Shown here: positions 56,016 to 64,000 of the stretch, in pieces | How the letters are laid out: each line of letters opens with the position of its first letter | Numbering within the stretch: the stretch's first letter is position 1 | Assembly (NCBI RefSeq): GCF_013122565.1 | Contig: NZ_CP053258.1 | Length of the DNA: 64,000 nucleotides | DNA from: Escherichia coli | Lineage (GTDB): Bacteria; Pseudomonadota; Gammaproteobacteria; Enterobacterales; Enterobacteriaceae | Strand: one strand, 5' to 3' | The notes under the pieces: generated by a model | The model's input: only the letters and a program-made list of their open reading frames with translations | Told to the model about the DNA's origin: nothing | The model's database searches: none | Translations under genes and position numbers: made by a program

Positions 56016-56050
56016 CATATTTTGCTTAATCCAGGATTAAGCAAAATATG
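56016..56050. promoter_or_regulatory. Perfect 35-bp palindrome upstream of ratA (candidate operator or attenuator)
   Basis: catattttgcttaatcc-a-ggattaagcaaaatatg: 17-bp arms with no mismatches, 45 bp upstream of the ratA ATG. Confidence 0.4.
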
Positions 56051-56094
56051 TTGATGCGGTAACCGTTCGTTAAATAACTGGTGGAGTTCTTTTC

Positions 56095-59000
56095 ATGTCC
56101 CAGCCCCTGAAACCCGGCACTTTTTATGTTCTGCTTGTATTGCTGCTAACCGCAATGCTGCCGGGATGGTCATGGGCGGGCTCATCATGGCAAGACTCAT
56201 CCGATACGGCGGGTGAATTTAACGGTACCGTCCCCAATGCCGACAGCGCCAGTATGCCGGTTTATCAGGGCAGTATTTGGCTTGATCCTGCAAAGCCCCA
56301 TGATGTTTCGTTTTCCGCTAAACCCAATGAATTTAGCGTTAATCTGGATGTGTCGAAGCTGATTGTGACGAACCCGCAGGACCTGGAAGGCGATGTGTTT
56401 ACCAACCCGCGTTGGGAAAACCAAACGCCGCCAGTGGTCTCTTTAGTCTGGGCGGATGCGGCGACACCGGAAACCCCACTTAATCCTCAGCCAGTGGCTG
56501 GGCGTTCCTTTTGTGCGCAAGGGCTTGCCGGGCGTTCGCTGGTTGTCTGGCCGCAGCCAGACCCACAGCAGACCATGCCGCAGCTTTATCTACGCACCTC
56601 GACAGGTTATCCCTATGAAAGTCTTCTGACGCTTGTCGATAAGAAAGTGACGTTAAATATTGCACCGGCCCAGGGCGACTTAATTTCTGTCAGCGCGGCC
56701 GGTTATGACGACACCGTGGGCGGGGCGAAAACTACCGTTGGCGGCAATATCACGTTGACCGTTACCACCAAAGACTGCAGCGGTAACGTTGCCGGAAATA
56801 TTCCTTTTATTATCAAACGCAAAGATGCTGAAAACCGACAGGGCGCAGTCAACAATGCTTCGCCGGTTGTTCTGGACAAAACTGAACTGACCACTATCGC
56901 GACCGAATATCACAGCACCACGGATGCGAACGGCGTTGCGACGATCACGGTCACGCAACCCAACGGCCCTGGTGTAAAAACGCCGCTGGTAGCCAGTCTT
57001 TCAGGTATTGGTCAAACCAGTGAAACGGCAGTGATCTTTACCGTCCTTACCAGCCCGGATGTCCCTCAAGCCATGATGTGGGGCCATATGCCCGATACGC
57101 TAAAGGCCCATGATTATACGTTCAGTCGGCCAAAACTGGCGGCGGAGGTCGATAACGAAAATGGTACCGTTAACGATCACAATGAAACCTGGTCTACCTT
57201 CACCTGGAATGGTGCGGATAAACATTGCGACATTTTGCCTGGTATGCGCCAGTTTGGCGCGTTGGCAACGGTGGTGCCCACGACAGTTCAGGATCTCGTT
57301 GGTTGGCCGATACAGGGTAACTACTACTGGTCATCACTGGCGGGGATGACCGGACAGCACCATGCGGCGGATGTTTCCAACCGTAGCGAAGCGCAAAAAC
57401 CGGACGATACGACGTTTATTGTCAGTTGTGTCGATAAAGACGCTCCTGACGTTGAACCGAAACTGGTGCTAACACCGGGAAGCTATGATTCGACGTTAAA
57501 GGCGATGAAAGTAAAGGTGGGGGAAGAAGCGTCTCTGCGTGTAACCATCACCGATAATAAAAACAATAATCAACCGCTGGCGTATTACTACTTTTCGTTA
57601 CATCTGGATGACGGCATCAACCGTAAAAATCAATCGGATGCGGCATGGGAAGCGCATCCGGTGCAGATAGCGGGTGGCAGCAATGTCCATCAGGTTGACG
57701 CGCATACCTATGAAGGCATTACGGATGTGAACGGTCAGGCATCACTGACGCTAACGCAACCGGGCGGCGCGGGCGTGAAAACACACATTACTGCGAAAAT
57801 GCGCAGCGACTTCACCACGTCGGATGAGAAAGACGTGATTTTTACAGTCATTACCAGCCCCGATACTGACAAAGCCCGGATGTGGGGGCATATGCAGGGT
57901 ATTATTGATTCTAATAATATCTTTAAACGTCCACGGCTGGCAGATGAAACCGACCATGAACTCGATTCAGTGCGAGAGAACAACGAAGACTGGGCGCTGT
58001 TCGACCAAAATGGCAGCATGCAGGCTGAATGTGGTGTAGGTCATATTCCGAGCCAGAATCAATTACAGGGTCTGTTCACGGCGCATCCTGGCAATGCGAT
58101 TGGCACCGAATATGGCTGGCCGACGGCGCAAAAAGATTACCTTAGTGCGGTACAACAAGAGCCACACTCCTCCGTGAACCTGGGCACAGGTAACATCGAC
58201 ACCTATTCAGGCTTTAAGCAGAACTATCTCTCCTGTTCCGGTAATGAGATGGTTGCTCAGATTACCGCAACGACCGATCATGACGTTTCCGTGGGTAGCA
58301 GGGCGCAGGCTAAAGTTGGAGAAACCGTCACCATGACGGTGCATACCTTCAATGCACTGAATAATGCGCCCGTGCCGTTTACCGCCTTCAGCATCACAAA
58401 GGAGATGGGTAAAAACCGTCAGGGGCAGACTACCGGATATACCGATCCGACGAGTGGCGCAATTGAGATGAATGGCAAGCTCTACGGAACATCCCAGGCC
58501 TCGGTGGTTTATTCCGGGACTACGGATGCACAGGGCTACGCAACGGTGGAGATTGAACAACCGCAGGGCGTGGGCTTAGCGACGCCGCTAAATATTGCGC
58601 CTGTGAACTCCTACATTCCCAATACAGTAAATTACAACGTGATTTTCACCACGCCTACCAGCCCGGATGCGGTGGCGGCGCAGATGTGGGGGCATATGGA
58701 TGAGACTATTACAGTCGATTCTTTAACCTTCACCCGGCCTAAACTGGCAGCGGAAGTTTCCAGCCCGGATGCGACATTGACAGAAAATAATGAAGTCTGG
58801 GCGCGTGTGAGTCAGGCGAATACATCCAGTATAAGTAAAGGTGGCTGCGGAGCGAATATGCTGCCGCGTCGATCCCAGCTTAGCGCGCTCTATGATGCCA
58901 ATAACGGTAATGCTGTACAGACAGTACACGGCTGGCCAACTCTGCGTGAGCCTTACTGGAGTAGTTCCCCTGCGGATAAAGTTCCTCATTTTTACACCAT

Positions 59001-62000
59001 TGCTCTCAATGATGGCGCACAGGCTATTGGCGGTAGCAACGCGGTTTATGTCAGCTGCCTGACGACGGCAAATAATCCTGCAAACGCTATTACTTTAGAG
59101 GTGGTGGATCAGGCGCAATGGAACGCGACGGCGAAAGCGGCGAAGCTGAAAAAAGGCGAAACGCTCCAGGTTAAGGTAACGGTGAAGGATGCTCAGGGCA
59201 ATGCACTGTCGGATATGCCATTCACCCTGAAACGTGGCGATGGTTATACTCGCTCAAATGAAAAACATATTGCTGGCAGCGGGGATGCGCTGGTTGCGCC
59301 AGTCATCGTCAACGGTGGCCTGACGGATGAGACTTCACTGAATGACACCGCGACAGCATACGCTACCATGACCGGCAGCGACGGCACTAAAATACTTACC
59401 ATAACCCGCCCTGAGACGCATGGCACCAAAACGGCGCTGATCGCTGCGCTGTATTCTGATGCAACGAAAAACGCCAGCCTCGACACCATTTTTACCGTTG
59501 CGACCAGCCCGGACAGCGATAAGGCGAAAATGTGGGGGCACATGGCGGAAACGGTGACGGCTACTGACGGCACGGTATTTAAACGCCCGCGCTTACTGAA
59601 AGAGTGGTCAACTCAGTCCTCTCTTACTGAAGATAATGAGGTCTGGGGGTTGTATAACATCAGCGATGCAAAATCTACCAGCAATGGCTGTGGCGCTAAT
59701 TATGTTCCTGCGCAGGTTGGGCTGGAGTCACTGTTTGACAATAACCGCAGCAACGCGATGAAAACCGTACAAGGTTGGCCGGTAGATACCCATTATCTTT
59801 CAAATACCTCAAGTACCGACAGTTTATCGCAGCATAATTACAAAGCCGTGGATCTGGGCAATGGTACCAGTACCTCAATATCCGCTTCCGAGAGGAAGTT
59901 GTTAACCTGCCAGACGACCGCGGTGTTACAGGCAAGCCAGATTCTGCTGGACGCAGCGGATCCAACCACCTTCGACAGCACAAATAATGTTGTCAAAGTT
60001 AAAAAAGGCGAAGCGGCAGTGGTGCGTGTAACCACGAAGGATTCGCAGGGGAATCCTGTAGGAAATACCGCATTTACCCTCAAACGAAACCACAGCGTGA
60101 ACAGGGCTAATGCGTCGAATACCACGTCGATTGCTTCACTGGTGGTAACGGATGCATGGGGAAATACTCAGGACAGTTTTCTTTCAACGTCCCTGGTCAT
60201 ATATGGCGTAACGGGGGCCGATGGCACCACCACCTTTACACTGAAACAAGACCAGTCTACCGGCTTAAAAACGGAACTCACGGCAGCGCTGGACTCCTCC
60301 AGCAGCATTACATCGTCGCTTCCCGTCGTCTTTACGGTGCTTACCAGCCCGGATTCGCCAAAAGCCAAATTCTGGGGGCATATGGCTGAAACGGCGACAG
60401 GCGATGACGGTCTCATTTATAAAAGACCATTGCTGAGAGACGAGATTAGCGCCTCTAGCGGTATCAGCACCCTGACAGAAGAGGGGGAAAACTGGTCTGC
60501 ATTCTGGGCGAACAATGCTAATGATACTTCGATAAGTGGTTGTGGCGCAGAGTATGTTCCCTCTGCCGATGAACTTAAGGCCATTTATGCGCACCAGGGG
60601 GGGAGCGCATTGCATGGTGCTATTGGCTGGCCAGTTTCGAAGCCCTATATCTCGAATACCGTCGCAGATATGTTCACTCAACCCTTTAAGTTTGATGTCG
60701 TTTCGCTGAAGACAGGAGATGAAACACAGATTTCATCAGGTAGTGGTGTAGGGCCTCTGAGTTGCCGGACCACACCTGTCGCCGTTGCCAGTCAGATCAT
60801 TGTTGAGGCGAACGATGCGGCGCAATTTGTCAAAGTTGACGATACCTTGAGTGCACTGAAAGTGAAAAAAGGTGAAGACGCGGTGATTCGCGTGGTGACC
60901 AAGGATGCGCAGGGGAATACCGTGCCCAATGTTCCCTTTATTCTCAAGCGCGAGGGCTCGAGAAACCGTCAAAATGTCGAGATGATAAACAAATCGATTA
61001 CGGTGATTAACGCGGCAGGGACTTCTACGAATGTGCTTAGTTCGTCAACACTGCTTTATGGGGTAACGGGCGCGGACGGGACTACCACGTTTACAGTAAA
61101 ACAAGATGATTCTATGGGTCTGATGACCAATATGTACGCTCAGTTGTATCAGTCGACGATAGAATCCAACAAATTACCGGTGATGTTTACCGTTATAACC
61201 AGCCCGGATACGCCTCTGGCAAACTACTGGGGGCATATGTCTGAAACCTTCACGACAAGGTCGGGGGTTGTCTTCAAGCGGCCAATGCTTAGTGCCGAGC
61301 ATCCAGCGGGGCAGTCAACCGTGGATAATAATGAAACCTGGCTTTCCTTGAATACAGCAGCAAAAAATGATGTCAGCAAATCAGGCTGTGACGAACCTTA
61401 TCAACCGTTATTAAGCGAACTTCAGGAGTTGTACAGTGAACATCCTAATGGTGCGATAGGAACCGATTTAGGCCTGCCGCTGACGAAAACCTGGTGGGCT
61501 TACGATAAAGTGGCCAACTCGAATGCCTGGTACGATCAGTCTGTTAATTTGTCGAATGGGTCAAGCGCCAGGGCGTCGTCAACCACCGTGGCGTTTGTGC
61601 CCTGTCTGGTAAACCCTCATCCAGTGGCTGCTTCTATTGAGATAACCTCCACGGCACTGGATGCGGAGAAAACGGCCAGTAACGATGGTCGCCCCAGCGC
61701 AACCGCACCGAAAGGTACGGCGATCCGGATGACGGTGATTGTGCGGGATAGCGCAGGAAATCCATTGCCCGGCGCCAACTTTAACCTCGTACGCGGGACG
61801 GCATTGGATCGTGCAAAATACAGTGTCGATAGTTCAGCTGATGATCTTACTCTCGTGCCTGTCACGCCTGCTGGCGTAAATATGACTCTCACGAGTAATA
61901 CATCAAAAGCACTGTTGACGACAGGCAGTGATGGTAAAGTGACCTTTGATGTGACGCAAAACGGGACTTATGGGCTGGCAACCCCGCTCACTGCAACATT

Positions 62001-64000
62001 GCTACGCGACACTTCAATAAGCGCCACGATGGATGTCATTTTCACGGTGATAACCAGTCCCGACTCACCGAAAGCAAAATACTGGGGTCATATGCCCGAC
62101 ACGTTTACCAGCAGTGCGGGGGTGACCTTTAAACGGCCGCTACTGGCAGCCGAAGCGACCTCCGGGTCCTCGGTTGGCAGTAATAATGAGTCGTGGTCAT
62201 ACATTGGTATTAACGAAAGAGCTACGTCGGATTGCTCACTGGAGTATCAGCCGCGTCTTAATGAGTTACAGGGGTTATATAACGATCATCCTGGCGGGGC
62301 CATACAGACGGATCTGGGGTTACCTGTAGCTGCCGGAAGTGGAAACTGGTGGGCTTATGAAATGAGTATGCCTAACCCCAGCGGGTCGGTGTGGTTTTAC
62401 GGCATCATTAATTTGAAAACGGGACAATCGTCGACCACGTCGAGTGGATTCGCTTTAATGCTCTGCCTGACGCAGCCGCATACGGTACCGGCAAGCCTTA
62501 CACTGTCATCAACCGCCTACGATGAAGGCAGAACCGCCAGCAATGGTGGCACACCTACGTCATCTGTGAAAAAAGGTGAGACGCTTCCCTTAGTGGTGAC
62601 GATCAAAGATGCCAATGGTAACCCCGTTGGCGGCGAAGGCGTTACGCTCAAGCGCGCGCAGGCGAAAAGCCGTTCAGGTATCTCTGTCTCCCCCACTACC
62701 GCCGATGATCTTATTTTAAATGAAGTCACACCGGAATCAGCCAGCTTTTCCTTCGCCGCGGATTTGGCATCATGGAGCGGCATCACCGGCAGTGACGGCA
62801 CTGTAACGTTCAATATTACACAAAAAAATACAATCGGCCTGGTAACGCCGTTTACAGCCTCATTGGGGCGAAATCCGCAGGTCACCGCCAACCAGGACCT
62901 GATGTTCACGGTGGTAACCAGCCCGGATTCGCCGAAGGCAAACTACTGGGGGCATATGCCAGCAACCTTGACGGCAGTGAATGGTGCGGTATTTGAACGC
63001 CCGAAATTGTGGAGTGAACTGCCATCGACCTCCGGCGTCGGCAAGATCAATAACAATAATGAGGACTGGCCGTACTATTCACCGACAAAAAAATCTGATG
63101 AGAGTGTGACCCCTTGCGAAGTGGCAAGACAGCCTCTGCTTAGTGATTTAAATTCGCTGTCTGCGCGTTATCCGAATAACTCCTTCGCTGCTGAAACGGG
63201 CTGGTCTGTGTATTACACCTGGTGGGCAGAGGATAAATCCGCCGCGGGTAAAGATCAGTCGGTGGATTTGAGAGATGGCACGCTGTATACGTATGCATCA
63301 GGAGCATTTCAACCTTGCCTGGTTAACGCGCGTTCAACTGTTTCTAGCGTCACACTTACCTCAACGGCGTTTGACGCTACCACTCAGGCGGCGAAAGTGA
63401 AAAAAGGCGAAGCCATGCCGGTGACGGTCACGGTGAAAGACAGCGCCGGGAAAACGGTGCCGAATGTGGCTTTTACCCTGAAACGCGGTGATGCTGCGCC
63501 AAGAAACCCTGGTATGGCCTTGTACGGTGATGTGGATGCGATGGATGACCTGACCGTTCAACCGACATCGGGAGCGGCGGTGACGTGGTCTGAAAGTGGC
63601 AACTTGCTACAGGGGACCACTGGCTCTGACGGCACCGCGACGTTTATGATTAAACAGGATCATTCGCCGGGCTATAAAACCCCTTTGACGGTCACGTTGG
63701 ACAATAACACCAGCATCACTGCGACAATGGACGCTATTTTCACCGTCGTGACCAGCCCGAATGTCTCAAGCGCCTATTACTGGGGGCACATGGCAGATAC
63801 GACCACGGTGAACGGTAAAACACTGCATCGCCCGTTGTTGGCATCGGAGCTACCTGCGAATGCTTCTTCCCCAGCCACGCCTGACGTAAACAATGAAGCC
63901 TGGGCTATGGGGCATATGGTGGATTCAAGGAATTGGGATATCGAGGCGCAGTGTGGCAGCTTGACCAACGCGCCAAACGATGACGACTTAATGGGTCTGT
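56095..64000 (+). CDS. ratA: Giant repetitive surface/secreted protein, RatA-like; 3-prime end beyond window
   Basis: ATG at 56095 preceded by GGTGGAG; signal-peptide-like N-terminus [28 protein letters not shown]; the frame has no listed ORF (no in-window stop) and every repeat landmark checked lies in this frame; synteny after sinH-sinI. Confidence 0.8.
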   Translation, partial: MSQPLKPGTFYVLLVLLLTAMLPGWSWAGSSWQDSSDTAGEFNGTVPNADSASMPVYQGSIWLDPAKPHDVSFSAKPNEFSVNLDVSKLIVTNPQDLEGDVFTNPRWENQTPPVVSLVWADAATPETPLNPQPVAGRSFCAQGLAGRSLVVWPQPDPQQTMPQLYLRTSTGYPYESLLTLVDKKVTLNIAPAQGDLISVSAAGYDDTVGGAKTTVGGNITLTVTTKDCSGNVAGNIPFIIKRKDAENRQGAVNNASPVVLDKTELTTIATEYHSTTDANGVATITVTQPNGPGVKTPLVASLSGIGQTSETAVIFTVLTSPDVPQAMMWGHMPDTLKAHDYTFSRPKLAAEVDNENGTVNDHNETWSTFTWNGADKHCDILPGMRQFGALATVVPTTVQDLVGWPIQGNYYWSSLAGMTGQHHAADVSNRSEAQKPDDTTFIVSCVDKDAPDVEPKLVLTPGSYDSTLKAMKVKVGEEASLRVTITDNKNNNQPLAYYYFSLHLDDGINRKNQSDAAWEAHPVQIAGGSNVHQVDAHTYEGITDVNGQASLTLTQPGGAGVKTHITAKMRSDFTTSDEKDVIFTVITSPDTDKARMWGHMQGIIDSNNIFKRPRLADETDHELDSVRENNEDWALFDQNGSMQAECGVGHIPSQNQLQGLFTAHPGNAIGTEYGWPTAQKDYLSAVQQEPHSSVNLGTGNIDTYSGFKQNYLSCSGNEMVAQITATTDHDVSVGSRAQAKVGETVTMTVHTFNALNNAPVPFTAFSITKEMGKNRQGQTTGYTDPTSGAIEMNGKLYGTSQASVVYSGTTDAQGYATVEIEQPQGVGLATPLNIAPVNSYIPNTVNYNVIFTTPTSPDAVAAQMWGHMDETITVDSLTFTRPKLAAEVSSPDATLTENNEVWARVSQANTSSISKGGCGANMLPRRSQLSALYDANNGNAVQTVHGWPTLREPYWSSSPADKVPHFYTIALNDGAQAIGGSNAVYVSCLTTANNPANAITLEVVDQAQWNATAKAAKLKKGETLQVKVTVKDAQGNALSDMPFTLKRGDGYTRSNEKHIAGSGDALVAPVIVNGGLTDETSLNDTATAYATMTGSDGTKILTITRPETHGTKTALIAALYSDATKNASLDTIFTVATSPDSDKAKMWGHMAETVTATDGTVFKRPRLLKEWSTQSSLTEDNEVWGLYNISDAKSTSNGCGANYVPAQVGLESLFDNNRSNAMKTVQGWPVDTHYLSNTSSTDSLSQHNYKAVDLGNGTSTSISASERKLLTCQTTAVLQASQILLDAADPTTFDSTNNVVKVKKGEAAVVRVTTKDSQGNPVGNTAFTLKRNHSVNRANASNTTSIASLVVTDAWGNTQDSFLSTSLVIYGVTGADGTTTFTLKQDQSTGLKTELTAALDSSSSITSSLPVVFTVLTSPDSPKAKFWGHMAETATGDDGLIYKRPLLRDEISASSGISTLTEEGENWSAFWANNANDTSISGCGAEYVPSADELKAIYAHQGGSALHGAIGWPVSKPYISNTVADMFTQPFKFDVVSLKTGDETQISSGSGVGPLSCRTTPVAVASQIIVEANDAAQFVKVDDTLSALKVKKGEDAVIRVVTKDAQGNTVPNVPFILKREGSRNRQNVEMINKSITVINAAGTSTNVLSSSTLLYGVTGADGTTTFTVKQDDSMGLMTNMYAQLYQSTIESNKLPVMFTVITSPDTPLANYWGHMSETFTTRSGVVFKRPMLSAEHPAGQSTVDNNETWLSLNTAAKNDVSKSGCDEPYQPLLSELQELYSEHPNGAIGTDLGLPLTKTWWAYDKVANSNAWYDQSVNLSNGSSARASSTTVAFVPCLVNPHPVAASIEITSTALDAEKTASNDGRPSATAPKGTAIRMTVIVRDSAGNPLPGANFNLVRGTALDRAKYSVDSSADDLTLVPVTPAGVNMTLTSNTSKALLTTGSDGKVTFDVTQNGTYGLATPLTATLLRDTSISATMDVIFTVITSPDSPKAKYWGHMPDTFTSSAGVTFKRPLLAAEATSGSSVGSNNESWSYIGINERATSDCSLEYQPRLNELQGLYNDHPGGAIQTDLGLPVAAGSGNWWAYEMSMPNPSGSVWFYGIINLKTGQSSTTSSGFALMLCLTQPHTVPASLTLSSTAYDEGRTASNGGTPTSSVKKGETLPLVVTIKDANGNPVGGEGVTLKRAQAKSRSGISVSPTTADDLILNEVTPESASFSFAADLASWSGITGSDGTVTFNITQKNTIGLVTPFTASLGRNPQVTANQDLMFTVVTSPDSPKANYWGHMPATLTAVNGAVFERPKLWSELPSTSGVGKINNNNEDWPYYSPTKKSDESVTPCEVARQPLLSDLNSLSARYPNNSFAAETGWSVYYTWWAEDKSAAGKDQSVDLRDGTLYTYASGAFQPCLVNARSTVSSVTLTSTAFDATTQAAKVKKGEAMPVTVTVKDSAGKTVPNVAFTLKRGDAAPRNPGMALYGDVDAMDDLTVQPTSGAAVTWSESGNLLQGTTGSDGTATFMIKQDHSPGYKTPLTVTLDNNTSITATMDAIFTVVTSPNVSSAYYWGHMADTTTVNGKTLHRPLLASELPANASSPATPDVNNEAWAMGHMVDSRNWDIEAQCGSLTNAPNDDDLMGL
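57049..64000 (+). repeat. In-frame tandem repeats within ratA (~805-865 bp, ~270-290 aa each, at least 9 copies)
   Basis: Motif accagcccggat (TSPD) followed ~30 nt later by tgggg(g)ca(t/c)atg (WGHM) recurs at 57049, 57853, 58657, 59503, 60343, 61198, 62053, 62917 and 63751. Confidence 0.9.

Noticed and set aside
52559-56094. Integrase, transposase or tRNA marking the island boundary
   Set aside because: Looked for recombinase-like ORFs and tRNA-like structure at the yfgJ junction; none present in the window, so the insertion mechanism cannot be stated.

Overview
This window reads as an Escherichia coli-type chromosome segment, reverse-oriented relative to K-12, with the conserved gene order glnB(3-prime end)-hmp-glyA-yphHGFEDCBA-hcaDBCFE/hcaR/hcaT-csiE-yfhR-suhB-trmJ-iscRSUA-hscBA-fdx-iscX-pepB-sseB-[ryfA region]-sseA-yfhM-pbpC-ndk-rlmN-rodZ-ispG-hisS-yfgM-bamB-der-yfgJ. 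After yfgJ it runs into an accessory island (sinH, sinI and a giant repetitive ratA-like gene that continues past the window end). Gene calls rest on the supplied ORF translations, recognisable motifs and my recollection of K-12 synteny; no database search was possible. Where the ORF track begins at an upstream GTG/TTG or an early ATG, I moved the start to the internal ATG matching the protein length I recall, and these starts are approximate. The most unusual structure is between sseB and sseA: a three-copy tandem array of ~680-bp units, each carrying a small hydrophobic peptide ORF on the minus strand (TimP/RyfA-like) and a divergent terminator-ended small RNA on the plus strand, with the sRNA 5-prime end and a segment of the toxin mRNA leader co-varying copy by copy. 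Other points worth a second look are the repeat structure of ratA (an open frame absent from the ORF track because it has no stop in the window), a SinH-like domain shared by SinI, a perfect palindrome ahead of ratA, an apparently mosaic 5-prime end of hisS, and the uncharacterised yph sugar-utilisation-like cluster. I found no tRNA, rRNA, CRISPR array, IS element or integrase in the window, and I see no evidence for a wholly unknown system beyond these.
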